Source: Mycolicibacterium smegmatis
Lineage (GTDB): Bacteria > Actinomycetota > Actinomycetes > Mycobacteriales > Mycobacteriaceae
DNA length: 32,000 nt
Direction of reading: 5' to 3'
Assembly: GCF_001457595.1 (NCBI RefSeq)
Contig: NZ_LN831039.1
Coordinates: 5,850,001-5,882,000 of the forward strand
Part shown: positions 17,537 to 28,895 of the stretch, piece after piece
Layout: the number at the start of each line of letters is the position of its first letter
How positions within the stretch are numbered: the stretch's first letter is position 1
Translations under genes and position numbers: made by a program
Notes under the pieces: model-generated
Databases searched by the model: none
What the model was told of the DNA's origin: nothing
What the model saw: only the letters and a program-made list of their open reading frames with translations

Positions 17537-18205
17537 ATGCGGATCCAGTACCACGAGCAGCTCGCGTCCCTGAACGACCAGCTGGGCGCGATGTGCGAGT
17601 TGGCGGGCACTGCGATGGAACGTGCCACCCAGTCGCTGCTGCAAGCCGATCTGGTGCTGGCCGAGCAGGTCATCAGTGACCACGACAAGATGACGACGCT
17701 CAGCGCGCAGGCCGAGGAGACAGCGTTCGTCCTGTTGGCCCTGCAGGCCCCGGTCGCAGGCGATCTGCGCACCGTGGTGGGCGCGATCCAGATCATCGCC
17801 GACGTCGATCGCATGGGCGCGCTCGCCCTGCACGTCGCCAAGATCGCCCGCAGGCGCCATCCGCAGCACGCGCTGCCCGAAGAGGTCAACGGCTACTTCG
17901 CCGAGATGGGCCGCGTCGCGGTGGAGCTCGGGCACGCCGCGCGCGAGGTGCTGATCACGCGGGATCCGGAGAAGGCCGCCCGGATCCAGGAGGAAGACGA
18001 TGCGATGGACGATCTGCACGGTCACCTCTTCACCGTGCTGATGGACCGCGAGTGGAAGCACGGTGTGATGGCCGCGGTCGACGTGACGCTGCTCAGCCGG
18101 TTCTACGAGCGCTTCGCCGACCATGCGGTCGAGGTGGCCCGCCGGGTCATCTTCCAGGTCACGGGCAACTACCCCGACGGCGACAAGGTCACCACGCAGC
18201 AGTGA
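17537..18205 (+). CDS. phoU: Phosphate signalling complex protein PhoU
   Basis: [35 protein letters not shown]...[37 protein letters not shown]...[23 protein letters not shown]. Confidence 0.95.
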   Translation: MRIQYHEQLASLNDQLGAMCELAGTAMERATQSLLQADLVLAEQVISDHDKMTTLSAQAEETAFVLLALQAPVAGDLRTVVGAIQIIADVDRMGALALHVAKIARRRHPQHALPEEVNGYFAEMGRVAVELGHAAREVLITRDPEKAARIQEEDDAMDDLHGHLFTVLMDREWKHGVMAAVDVTLLSRFYERFADHAVEVARRVIFQVTGNYPDGDKVTTQQ

Positions 18206-18206
18206 C

Positions 18207-18731
18207 CTACGGCTGATCGGCCGCCACCACCCGCACCCCCACCTTCTGTGCGCTCGCGAGATCGCGCAGAACCTTGGTGAGCACCTGCAGTTCGTTCGCG
18301 CTGTAGCGCATCAGGAAGTCGCGCCAGCCCCGGTTCATCTCCTCGTGCAGTTCCCGGTGGGCCGCGGCCACCCGCTCGCCGTCGGCGGTCAGCCGCAATT
18401 CGATTTCCTTGCGGTTGCCCGGAACCGGCGTGCGCACCACCAGGCCGGCCTCCACCAGGCGCTGAACGTGTTTGGACACCGTGCCTTTGAGCTGCCCGGA
18501 CTTCGCGGCGAGCCCGACGATGCTGACCGGTCCGGCCGCGATCGTGTCGAGCAGGTGCATCGACAGCTTCGGCAGTGACCGCACGGCGGCCTCGAGCCCC
18601 GCCGGGCAGTGTGAGGCGACGAAATCGTGTTCGGCGTCGGTGTCCTCGTCGCCGTCGAATCGGTCGGCCACCGCGTCCATGAGCGCAGTGATGTCCTCGA
18701 CCAGCCCGCTCTTGGTTTTCACGGAAACCAT
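18207..18731 (-). CDS. MarR family transcriptional regulator
   Basis: wHTH VSIVGLAAKSGQLKGTVSKHVQRLVEAGLVVRTPVPGNRKEIELRLTADGERVAAAH; ATG at 18731 preferred over the longer track ORF. Confidence 0.85.
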   Translation of the reverse strand: MVSVKTKSGLVEDITALMDAVADRFDGDEDTDAEHDFVASHCPAGLEAAVRSLPKLSMHLLDTIAAGPVSIVGLAAKSGQLKGTVSKHVQRLVEAGLVVRTPVPGNRKEIELRLTADGERVAAAHRELHEEMNRGWRDFLMRYSANELQVLTKVLRDLASAQKVGVRVVAADQP

Positions 18732-18773
18732 CTTGCCGCGCCGCGGCACTTCGTGGATAGTGGGCAGAGGAAT

Positions 18774-18795
18774 TATCGTTTCCACCGAAACCATA
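18774..18795. promoter_or_regulatory. Candidate MarR operator
   Basis: TATCGTTTC-CACC-GAAACCATA, imperfect 22-bp palindrome (8/9 arm match) in the divergent MarR/oxidoreductase intergenic region. Confidence 0.4.
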
Positions 18796-18819
18796 TCCGA
18801 GGAAACCAAGAGGAGCGTC

Positions 18820-19794
18820 ATGAAAGCCGCCGTCGTGAGAGCCTGGGGCCAGTCGCCCGTGTACACCGACCTGCCCGACCCGAAACCGGGCGAAGGCACC
18901 GAGATCGCCGAGGTCGAGGCCAGCGCGCTCACCAACCTCACCAAGGGGATCGCCTCGGGAAAGCACTACGCCGCCAAGGACATCGAGCTTCCCGTCGTCC
19001 CCGGGTTCGACGGCGTGGCGCGACTGGCCGACGGCAGGCGGGTGTACACCATGAGCATCGGATCGCACGGGTTGATGGCCGAGCGCACCCTGGTCGACCC
19101 CGGGCGGGCCGTCGAGATCCCCGAACACGTCGACTCCGTGACCGCGGCCGCCCTGCCGAACCCGGGCACGTCGGCGTGGATCACCCTGTCGTACGCCGCA
19201 GCGGTCAAGCCCGGTGACCACGTCCTGGTGCTCGGCGCCACCGGCGTGACCGGATCGACGGCCGTGCAGTTGGCCGGCTCGATGTTCGGCGCGGAATCCG
19301 TCGTCGCGGTGGGCCGCAACGCCGAGCGGTTGCAGTGGCTGCGGTCGGCCGGGGCGCAGACCGTGATCCGGCTCGGTGACGACGATCTCGCTGCCCGTGT
19401 CGCCGAACTGCACGCCGCACGTCCGTTCGACGCGGTCCTGGACTATCTCTGGGGCGAACCGGCCGAACAGGTGCTCGGCGCGCTCGCGGCAGCTTCCCCG
19501 GCGGGCCGATTCCACGCCATCCGGTACGTGCAGGTCGGGTCCATGGCGGGCACCGCCCTCACCCTGGACGCCGCGGTGCTGCGATCGATCGGGATCACCA
19601 TCAGCGGTGTGGGGATCGGCGGTGTGCCCGACGACGTGTGGCGCCAGGCCCGGACCGAGGCCCTACCGAAACTGCTGTCCATGGTGGATGCCGGCGAGCT
19701 CCTGTTGCACACGCGGCAACGTCGGCTGGCCGACATCGAGACCGTCTGGTCGGAGAAGTCGCCGTCGGGAACGCGCATCGTGGTGACGCCGTGA
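18820..19794 (+). CDS. Quinone oxidoreductase / zinc-binding alcohol dehydrogenase family (MDR)
   Basis: VVPGFDGVARLADGRRVYTM..., GDHVLVLGATGVTGSTAVQLAGSMFGAESVVAVGRNAERL; AGGAG upstream of ATG 18820. Confidence 0.88.
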   Translation: MKAAVVRAWGQSPVYTDLPDPKPGEGTEIAEVEASALTNLTKGIASGKHYAAKDIELPVVPGFDGVARLADGRRVYTMSIGSHGLMAERTLVDPGRAVEIPEHVDSVTAAALPNPGTSAWITLSYAAAVKPGDHVLVLGATGVTGSTAVQLAGSMFGAESVVAVGRNAERLQWLRSAGAQTVIRLGDDDLAARVAELHAARPFDAVLDYLWGEPAEQVLGALAAASPAGRFHAIRYVQVGSMAGTALTLDAAVLRSIGITISGVGIGGVPDDVWRQARTEALPKLLSMVDAGELLLHTRQRRLADIETVWSEKSPSGTRIVVTP

Positions 19795-19806
19795 CGCCGT
19801 GACGCC

Positions 19807-20583
19807 TCAGCCGAAGCGGCCGGAGATGTAATCCTCGGTCGCCTTCTGGCGGGGATTGGAGAAGATCTTCTCGGTGTCGTCGATCTCGATCAGCCGGCCC
19901 GGCTTTCCGGTGGCCTCGAGGTTGAAGAACGCGGTCTGATCGCTCACGCGTGCGGCCTGCTGCATGTTGTGCGTGACGATGACGATCGTGTAGTCGAGCT
20001 TGAGCGTCGCGATCAGATCCTCGATCGCCAGCGTCGAGATCGGGTCGAGCGCCGAGCACGGTTCGTCCATCAGCAGCACATCGGGCTGTACCGCGATCGC
20101 ACGCGCGATGCACAGGCGCTGCTGCTGACCACCGGAGAGGCCGCCGCCCGGTTTGTCGAGCCGGTCCTTGACCTCGTTCCACAGGTTGGCGCCACGCAGT
20201 GAGCGCTCGGCGACCTCGTCGAGGGTCTTCTTGTTGCGCACCCCCTGCAGCTTGAGACCGGCCACCACGTTGTCACGAATCGACATGGTGGGGAACGGGT
20301 TCGGGCGCTGGAACACCATGCCGATGGTCTTGCGGACACCCACCGGGTCGACACCCGGACCGTAGATGTCCTCGCCGTCGAGCAGCACCGAACCCTCGAC
20401 ACGGGCACCGGGGATGACCTCGTGCATGCGGTTGAGCGTGCGCAGCACCGTGGACTTGCCGCAGCCCGACGGGCCGATGAACGCCGTGACGCTGCGCGGC
20501 TGGACCGCGAGCGACACATCGGCCACCGCATGGAACGCGCCGTAGTAGATGTTGACGTCTTTGAGATCGAGCCGTTTGGCCAT
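19807..20583 (-). CDS. pstB: Phosphate ABC transporter ATP-binding protein
   Basis: Walker [10 protein letters not shown], signature [16 protein letters not shown], Walker [14 protein letters not shown]; start ATG at 20583. Confidence 0.96.
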
Positions 20584-20591
20584 GAACGTTC

Positions 20592-21524
20592 CTAAATCTT
20601 CTTCGGGGCGAAGAGTTTGGCGACAAGACGGGCACCGACGTTGAGCACGGCGATGAGCAGGATCAGCGTGAGCGCCGCACCCCACAGCCGGTCCGTCGGC
20701 ACCGGATTGGCACCGGCGCCCGCCGAGATCTGGTCGTACATCATGCCGGGCAACGAGCCCATGAAACCGCTGAAAATGTCGAAGTTCATCGCCTGCGCGT
20801 AGCCCACGAGCACCAGCAGAGGCGCGGTCTCCCCCATCACGCGGGCCAGCGCGAGCATCACGCCGGTGACGATGCCGGACAGCGCCGTCGGGATCACGAT
20901 GCGCACGATGGTCTTCCACTTCGGCACGCCCAGCGCGTAACTGGCCTCACGCAGGTCCATCGGCACGATGCGCAGCATCTCCTCGGTGGCCCGCACGATC
21001 ACCGGGATCATCAACAGCACCAAAGAAAGTGACACCGCGAACCCGGACCGCTGGAAGCCCAGGGTGGCGACCCACAGCGCGTAGATGAACAGCGCGGCGA
21101 CGATCGACGGCACACCGGTGAGGATGTCCACCATGAACGTGGTGATCTTGCCCAGGCGCGAGTTGCCCGCGTACTCGACCAGATACACCGCGACCATGAC
21201 ACCGACGGGGATCGAGATCAGCGAACACACCAGGCCCTGCAGGACCGTGCCGACGATCGCGTGGTACACACCGCCGCCGGGCGAGAACGCCGTCATACCG
21301 GCCTGCGAATGGGTGAACCACACCGGTGACGTGACGGCGTGGATGCCCTTGCTGATCACCGAATACAGCACCCACAGCAGCGGGACGAGCGCGATCAGCA
21401 CCGAGATGGTCACGAGCACCGTGGCGAAGTGGTTGGTGAGCTTGCGGCGCAGGCTCACACCCTGGAACGCCGGCGCCTTGACGGGTTGTTCGAGCGTGGA
21501 GGCCGACGGGGCGTTGGTGGTCAT
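20592..21524 (-). CDS. pstA: Phosphate ABC transporter permease PstA
   Basis: Multi-[15 protein letters not shown]..., [57 protein letters not shown]. Confidence 0.95.
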
Positions 21525-22576
21525 TCGCGTCCCTTCCCGCCGACCACGGCCCGCGCCAGCGAGTTCACGATGAACGTGAGGACGAACAGCACAAGACCGG
21601 CGGCGATGTACGCGCCTGCCTTGTACTGGTCGTTGAATTCGCTTGCCGTCGCGGCGATCTTGCTGGCGAACGTGTAGCCGCCGTCGAACAGCGACCAGCC
21701 GAACGCGGTCTGGGTGCCACGCAGGATGATCAGCAGCGCGATGGTCTCACCGAGCGCACGGCCGAGACCGAGCATGGCACCGCTGATGTAGCCGGACAGA
21801 CCGAACGGCAACACCGTGGTGCGCACGACCTCCCAGCGTGTGGCGCCGAGCGCGAGCGCGGCCTCGATCTGGCCGCGAGGGGTCTGCAGGAACACCTCGC
21901 GCGTGACCGCGGTGATGATCGGCAGGATCATCACCGCGAGCACGATGCCCGCGGTGAATATGGTTCCGCCGCCTGCGACCGACGCGTTGCCGGTGGAGAA
22001 CAGGAAGAACCAGCCCAGGTTTTCGTTGAGCCACACCGCAACCGGTTTGATCGCCGGGGCCAGCACGTAGAGACCCCACACGCCGTAGACGATCGACGGT
22101 ACGGCGGCCAGCAGATCGACCATGTAGGCCAGCGGACCGGCCAGCCGGCGCGGGGCGTACTGCGTCAGATAGATCGCGATGCCCAGGGCGACCGGCATCG
22201 CCAGGACGAGCGCGAAGATCGAGACGAACACCGTGACCTGCAGCAGGTCGAAGATGCCGAAATGCATCGCCGAGGTGTCGGTGGTGACCCAGTTGCCGCC
22301 GTAGAGGAAGAAGTTCTCCTGGTTGCGGGCCAGTGCCGGCACCGCGCGCATCAGCAGGAACATCCCGATCGCCGCGATGAGCGCGACGATCAAGAGGCCC
22401 GACCCCTCGGCGAGCCACTGGAAGATCCGGTCCGCCGGGCGGATCTTGGCCCGGCGGGAGGGGTTGGTGGAGATGGGTTCCGGCTCAGGGAAGGGGGACG
22501 CGAGCGTCTCCCCCGACCCTGAGTCAGCTGGATTCGGTGTTGTCACTGTTATCCCGTCGGGGAACCTGTCGGTCAT
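21521..22576 (-). CDS. pstC: Phosphate ABC transporter permease PstC
   Basis: Multi-[37 protein letters not shown]..., [43 protein letters not shown]; overlaps pstA by 4 nt. Confidence 0.95.
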   Translation of the reverse strand: MTDRFPDGITVTTPNPADSGSGETLASPFPEPEPISTNPSRRAKIRPADRIFQWLAEGSGLLIVALIAAIGMFLLMRAVPALARNQENFFLYGGNWVTTDTSAMHFGIFDLLQVTVFVSIFALVLAMPVALGIAIYLTQYAPRRLAGPLAYMVDLLAAVPSIVYGVWGLYVLAPAIKPVAVWLNENLGWFFLFSTGNASVAGGGTIFTAGIVLAVMILPIITAVTREVFLQTPRGQIEAALALGATRWEVVRTTVLPFGLSGYISGAMLGLGRALGETIALLIILRGTQTAFGWSLFDGGYTFASKIAATASEFNDQYKAGAYIAAGLVLFVLTFIVNSLARAVVGGKGRE

Positions 22577-22624
22577 GTGTTCCGAAATCCATCCTCACCA
22601 GATTCGTTCTGCAAATCCAGCTGA

Positions 22625-23761
22625 CTAGCTGATCGCATCGATGGAAGTGAGCAAACGCTCTTTGAAGGCGTTGGGCAGCGGCACATAGCCGGCGGCCGAG
22701 AGGTTGGCCTGCCCCTCGTTGGCGGCGACGGTCAGGAACGACTTCACCGCGGCCGCGGTGTCGGCGTCATAACCCTTGGAGCACACGATCTCGTAGGTGG
22801 CGAGCACCAGCGGGTACGCGCCGGCCTCCTTCGTGCCGTACAGCGAGTTCAGGTCGAGTGCAAGGTCGTTGCCCTCGGCCGCGAACTTCGCGGCGTCGAT
22901 GGCCTTTGCGGCCGACTCGTCGGTCAGCTCGACCGCACCGGCACCGCTGTCGATCTGCGCGAAGGGCAGGCCCGCCTGCTCGGCGAAGCCCTTCTCGACG
23001 TAGCCGATCGAACCCGGCGTCGCCTGCACGGCCTGCACCACGCCCGACGACTTCTGGGCGCCCTCGCCTGCGCCGCCGTTGAACTCGCTGCCGTCACCCT
23101 TGGTCCACGACTGCGGCGCGGCGGCAGTGAGGTACTTCTGGAAGTTGTCGGTGGTGCCGGAGGAATCCGAGCGGTAGATGGGTGTGATCGCGGCGTCGGG
23201 CAGCGAGGCGCCCTCGTTGAGCCCCGCGATCGCCGGATCGTTCCACTTGGTGATCTGGCCTTGGAAGATCTTGGCCAGCAGGTCGCCGTTGAGTACCAGC
23301 TTGTCGACGCCCTCGAGGTTGTACGCCATCGCCACCGGACCGAACACCAGCGGCAGGTTCCAGGCCGGATTGCCACCGCAGCGTTCGGCCGCGGCCGCCA
23401 CCTGATCACCGCTGAGCGCGGAGTCAGAACCCGCGATGTCGACCTGCTTGGCGATGAACTGCTCGCGGCCCGCGCCGGATCCGGTGGGGTTGTAGGAGAG
23501 GTTCTTGCCCCCGCACACCTGGCCCCACGCCTTGTTGAACTCGGCGATCGCGTTCTGTTGCGCGGTCGACCCCTCGGCCGTCAGCGAGTTCTTGCCACCG
23601 CACTCGGCCGAGGCGGCGCTGCCGGAGGGGGCCGCGCCGGAGGTGCCGGTGGCCGGAGCGTTGTTGTCGCTGCCGCACGCGCTGAGCGTGAGCGCCGCGA
23701 TGGCCGCCGCGGCGATACCAACCGGCCTGCCAACCTTCCGGCCCATGCTGTTGAGCTTCAC
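22625..23761 (-). CDS. pstS: Phosphate-binding lipoprotein PstS
   Basis: Lipobox LTLSACGS, NLSYNPTGSGAGREQFIAKQVDIAGSDSALS, PIYRSDSSGTTDNFQKYL. Start GTG 23761 (or ATG 23746) preferred over 23806. Confidence 0.93.
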   Translation of the reverse strand: MKLNSMGRKVGRPVGIAAAAIAALTLSACGSDNNAPATGTSGAAPSGSAASAECGGKNSLTAEGSTAQQNAIAEFNKAWGQVCGGKNLSYNPTGSGAGREQFIAKQVDIAGSDSALSGDQVAAAAERCGGNPAWNLPLVFGPVAMAYNLEGVDKLVLNGDLLAKIFQGQITKWNDPAIAGLNEGASLPDAAITPIYRSDSSGTTDNFQKYLTAAAPQSWTKGDGSEFNGGAGEGAQKSSGVVQAVQATPGSIGYVEKGFAEQAGLPFAQIDSGAGAVELTDESAAKAIDAAKFAAEGNDLALDLNSLYGTKEAGAYPLVLATYEIVCSKGYDADTAAAVKSFLTVAANEGQANLSAAGYVPLPNAFKERLLTSIDAIS

Positions 23762-23842
23762 GTGTCGTGTCCCACTTTCCGTTGACGGCTTCAGACTCCC
23801 CGGCAACGTATTCGCCGCTCATTGACGGATTCGGGACAGCAG

Positions 23843-23876
23843 GTGAACGCACAGTGAACACGTTCAGCGTGTTCAC
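23843..23876 (-). promoter_or_regulatory. Candidate Pho (RegX3-type) box upstream of pstS
   Basis: On the pstS coding strand, GTTCAC-TGTGC-GTTCAC (direct repeats with 11-nt pitch) overlapping a perfect palindrome GTGAACACG-CTGAA-CGTGTTCAC (23854-23876). Confidence 0.6.
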
Positions 23877-23916
23877 AGGCGCGAGGCGTCAACCAGCGGC
23901 GTACGCCGCAGGCCCG

Positions 23917-25589
<1,673 letters not shown>

Positions 25590-25751
25590 GTCCTCCCGGC
25601 TCGTCAGGAATCTCTGCGGGAGAACACAGACGCCGGTGTCGGGTGATCTTCCGGATTCATGACTGACATGTAGCCGTTACCGGCCTTTGGTGTTACGAGG
25701 ATAACGCCTCACCTGCTCGTCAGCCGCGCCGAGCGAATCTTTGCCGGTCTC

Positions 25752-26567
25752 GTGGGCAACAATGTCCCGGTGCGCAGACTGGTGGTCGGGTTCGTCGCGG
25801 CGGTGGCCGCGCTCGTCGTCGGGGCGGTCGGCACCGATTTCGGAGCAGCCATCTACGCCGAGTACCGGCTGGCCCGTACGGTCCGCAGCGCCGCGTCGCT
25901 CAACTGGGATCCGTGGGTCGCGATCCTCGGGTTCCCGTTCATCCCGCAGGCCCGCGACCACAGATACAACGAGATCGAGATCCGGGCCAACGGCGTCGAC
26001 CATCCCGTCGCCGAAAAGGTGTCGCTGGAGGCGACACTGCACGACGTCGACATCACCGAGGCCTCGTGGCTGATCCGCGAGGACGCACCGCTCCCGGTCG
26101 CCGAGGCCGAGAGCCGCATCATCATCGATTCCACGCATGTCGGCCGCTACATGGGCATCGACGACCTGCTGGTCGAGGCGCCCTCACGCGACACCAACGA
26201 CGCCACCGGCGGCACCACCGAATCCGGCATCTCCGGTAATACGGGTCTGGTTTTCACCGGCACACCCAAGGCGTCGGGCCTGGACAAGAGGGTCAGCGTC
26301 GCCGTCGACCTTTCGCTCGAGGGACCCGACCAGAGCACGCTGGTGCTGACGGCGACCGGCATCCTCACGGGCCCCAACACCGCCGACGAGCAGGTGCCCG
26401 ACGACAAACTCGCATCGGTGCTCGACGAATTCAGCAACACCATCCCCGACCTGAGACTGCCGTTCGGCATCGCACCGACGAGCCAGGGCGCCCGCGGATC
26501 CGACATCATCATCGAAGGGATCGGCGAGGGAGTAACCATCGACCTGGCGGGGTTCAGGAAGACATGA
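25752..26567 (+). CDS. lmeA: LmeA family phospholipid-binding protein (DUF2993)
   Basis: N-terminal TM followed by EIEIRANGVDHPVAEKVSLEATLHDVDITEASWLI..., C-terminal LRLPFGIAPTSQGARGSDIIIEGIGEGVTIDLAGF; family and genomic position. Start uncertain. Confidence 0.8.
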   Translation: MGNNVPVRRLVVGFVAAVAALVVGAVGTDFGAAIYAEYRLARTVRSAASLNWDPWVAILGFPFIPQARDHRYNEIEIRANGVDHPVAEKVSLEATLHDVDITEASWLIREDAPLPVAEAESRIIIDSTHVGRYMGIDDLLVEAPSRDTNDATGGTTESGISGNTGLVFTGTPKASGLDKRVSVAVDLSLEGPDQSTLVLTATGILTGPNTADEQVPDDKLASVLDEFSNTIPDLRLPFGIAPTSQGARGSDIIIEGIGEGVTIDLAGFRKT

Positions 26568-27028
26568 GCTCATCGATGGCGGCAGCCGTCGCGGTGCTGA
26601 TCGCGGCGCTCGTGCTGGCCTATGTGATCGGGCGCGTGCTGACCCGCCGGTCCGGCCGCGTTCGCCAGACGGGCCCGGGTTCTGCCGTCGGTGCCGAGAC
26701 CGACGCGGTTGCCCAGGCCGAGGCGGAACGCAACCTCACCGATCTGGGGCTGTCGCGCACCGGCCCGACGATCCTGCACTTCAGCGCCGAGTGGTGCGGA
26801 CCGTGCGCAGGCGTGCGCCGTGTGGTCGACCAGGTGTGCGCCGAGTTGCCCGCCATAGCGCACGTCGAGATCGACATGGACGCGAATCCCCAAGCCGCCA
26901 GGCGCCTTTCGGTGCTGTCGTTGCCGACGACGTTCATCTTCGATGCGCGCGGCCACCAGCGGTACCGCACCAGCGGCGTCCCCAGGGCCGCTGACCTGCG
27001 TACCGCGGTGGAGCCGCTGTTGGCCTGA
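26564..27028 (+). CDS. Membrane-anchored thioredoxin family protein
   Basis: N-terminal TM; thioredoxin fold TILHFSAEWCGPCAGVRRVVDQ...VEIDMDANPQAARRLSVLSLPTTFIFDARG; start overlaps the lmeA stop. Confidence 0.88.
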   Translation: MSSSMAAAVAVLIAALVLAYVIGRVLTRRSGRVRQTGPGSAVGAETDAVAQAEAERNLTDLGLSRTGPTILHFSAEWCGPCAGVRRVVDQVCAELPAIAHVEIDMDANPQAARRLSVLSLPTTFIFDARGHQRYRTSGVPRAADLRTAVEPLLA

Positions 27029-27044
27029 TCCGAGGGTCATTGGG

Positions 27045-27057
27045 TAAGCTGTCGCTC
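27045..27057 (+). promoter_or_regulatory. Putative -10 (TAAGCT) for a leaderless transcript beginning at GTG 27058
   Basis: TAAGCT at 27045-27050, 7 nt before the GTG. Confidence 0.6.
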
Positions 27058-27150
27058 GTGTCAACCCGCCTTGAGCTCTCGCTCACCAAGCGCCGCGCAG
27101 TGGATCTGTGCCGCGTTGCGGGTTGTTGCTGTTGTTGTTGTTGCTGTTGA
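27058..27150 (+). CDS. Polycysteine leader peptide / attenuator uORF (30 aa)
   Basis: Direct translation: MSTRLELSLTKRRAVDLCRVAGCCCCCCCC*; eight consecutive Cys codons immediately before the stop, upstream of a sulfur-metabolism operon. Confidence 0.85.
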   Translation: MSTRLELSLTKRRAVDLCRVAGCCCCCCCC

Positions 27151-27241
27151 GCGCAGCCGCGCGCTTTGACGCGCCCGCTCGGAATTTTCTGTTCCGGCCT
27201 GCACCCAACCAGATCCAACGACAACAACAGGAGTTTCTTTC

Positions 27242-27721
27242 ATGTCATCTTCGATCACCGATACGGCGCGGCCCCGCCTCGACCAGGTGGACGTGCGCGG
27301 TCCCCGCTTCGCGGCCTGGGTCACCACGGCGGTGCTGATCGTCGCGCTGCTGGTCTCCGGTGTCAGCTCGGCCGCGGCAGCGGTGGTGCTCGCCGCCCAG
27401 GCGCTGGTGTTCGCCATCGGCGCGCTCGGCGGTCCCCGTAGGCAGCCCTACGGCCGGTTGTTCGCGACCCTGGTCGCGCCCCGGCTGGGCCCGGTCACCG
27501 AACGTGAACCGGTTCCGCCGCTGAAGTTCGCTCAGCTCGTCGGTTTCGTGTTCGCGGCCGTCGGTGCCGTCGGCTTCGCGTTCGGCATCAGTGCAATCGG
27601 CCTCGCCGCGACGGCGTTCGCATTGGTGGCGGCGTTTCTCAACGCGGCCTTCGACATCTGTCTCGGATGCCAGATCTACCCGCTCGTGGCGCGTCTGCGT
27701 CGCACATCTGAATACGCCTGA
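27242..27721 (+). CDS. DUF4395 membrane protein
   Basis: Multi-TM; VDVRGPRFAAWVTTAVLIVALL...NAAFDICLGCQIYPLVARLR is the DUF4395 signature. Confidence 0.85.
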   Translation: MSSSITDTARPRLDQVDVRGPRFAAWVTTAVLIVALLVSGVSSAAAAVVLAAQALVFAIGALGGPRRQPYGRLFATLVAPRLGPVTEREPVPPLKFAQLVGFVFAAVGAVGFAFGISAIGLAATAFALVAAFLNAAFDICLGCQIYPLVARLRRTSEYA

Positions 27722-27757
27722 AGCCTCAAAACCCAAGCAATCGAAAGGATCTCCTAC

Positions 27758-28591
27758 ATGGCACGCTCCGACGTCCTGGTCAGCACCGACTGGGCCGAGA
27801 GCAATCTCAAAGCGCCGAAGACCGTTTTCGTGGAGGTCGACGAAGACACCTCCGCCTACGACACGGGTCACATCGAAGGCGCTGTGAAGCTCGACTGGAA
27901 GACCGATCTGCAGGATCCGATCCGTCGCGACTTCGTCGACGCCCAGCAGTTCTCCAAGCTGCTGTCCGAGCGCGGCATCGCCAACGACGACACCGTGATC
28001 CTCTACGGCGGCAACAACAACTGGTTCGCGGCCTACGCCTACTGGTACTTCAAGCTCTACGGGCACCAGGACGTGAAGCTGCTCGACGGTGGCCGCAAGA
28101 AGTGGGAGCTCGACGCCCGCCCGCTGTCCGCCGAGAAGGTCGAGCGGCCGCAGACCAGCTACACCGCCAAGGAGCCCGACAACTCCATCCGCGCCTTCCG
28201 CGACGAGGTCATCGCCGCGATCGGGACCAAGAACCTGGTCGACGTGCGCTCGCCTGACGAGTTCTCGGGCAAGATTCTCGCGCCCGCGCATCTCCCGCAG
28301 GAGCAGAGCCAGCGCCCGGGACACATCCCCGGTGCGATCAACGTCCCGTGGAGCAAGGCCGCGAACGAGGACGGCACCTTCAAGTCCGACGAGGAGCTGG
28401 CGAAGCTGTACGCCGAGGCCGGCCTCGACGGCGAGAAGGAGACCATCGCCTACTGCCGCATCGGTGAGCGTTCGTCGCACACCTGGTTCGTGCTGCAGGA
28501 GCTCCTCGGACACAAGAACGTCAAGAACTACGACGGCAGTTGGACGGAATACGGCTCCCTGGTGGGGGCCCCGATCGAGTTGGGAAGTTGA
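27758..28591 (+). CDS. cysA2: Thiosulfate sulfurtransferase (rhodanese)
   Basis: Two rhodanese domains; active site loop YCRIGERSSHTWFVL; VDVRSPDEFSGKI. Confidence 0.93.
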   Translation: MARSDVLVSTDWAESNLKAPKTVFVEVDEDTSAYDTGHIEGAVKLDWKTDLQDPIRRDFVDAQQFSKLLSERGIANDDTVILYGGNNNWFAAYAYWYFKLYGHQDVKLLDGGRKKWELDARPLSAEKVERPQTSYTAKEPDNSIRAFRDEVIAAIGTKNLVDVRSPDEFSGKILAPAHLPQEQSQRPGHIPGAINVPWSKAANEDGTFKSDEELAKLYAEAGLDGEKETIAYCRIGERSSHTWFVLQELLGHKNVKNYDGSWTEYGSLVGAPIELGS

Positions 28592-28592
28592 T

Positions 28593-28895
28593 ATGTGCTC
28601 TGCACCCAAGCAAGGGCTGACGTTGCCGGCCGGCGTTGACCTGGAGAAGGAAACCGTGATCACCGGTCGTGTGGTCGACGGCTCCGGCCAGGCGGTCGGC
28701 GGCGCGTTCGTCCGCCTGCTGGACGGCAGCGACGAGTTCACCGCCGAGGTGGTGGCATCGGCGACCGGTGATTTCCGGTTCTTCGCCGCGCCCGGCACCT
28801 GGACCGTGCGCGCCCTGTCGTCCGCGGGCAACGGCAACGTGACCGTCGCGCCGACCGGTGCGGGGATCCACGAAGTCGACGTGAAGGTCGCCTGA
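28593..28895 (+). CDS. sseC: DUF1416 domain protein SseC
   Basis: MCSAPKQGLTLPAGVDLEKETVITGRVVDGSGQAVGGAFVRLLD...FRFFAAPGTWTVRALSSAG; immediately downstream of cysA2. Confidence 0.9.
   Translation: MCSAPKQGLTLPAGVDLEKETVITGRVVDGSGQAVGGAFVRLLDGSDEFTAEVVASATGDFRFFAAPGTWTVRALSSAGNGNVTVAPTGAGIHEVDVKVA

Noticed and set aside
18169-19515. 448-aa minus-strand ORF
   Set aside because: Overlaps the MarR gene in another frame and runs antisense to the oxidoreductase; no domain signature.
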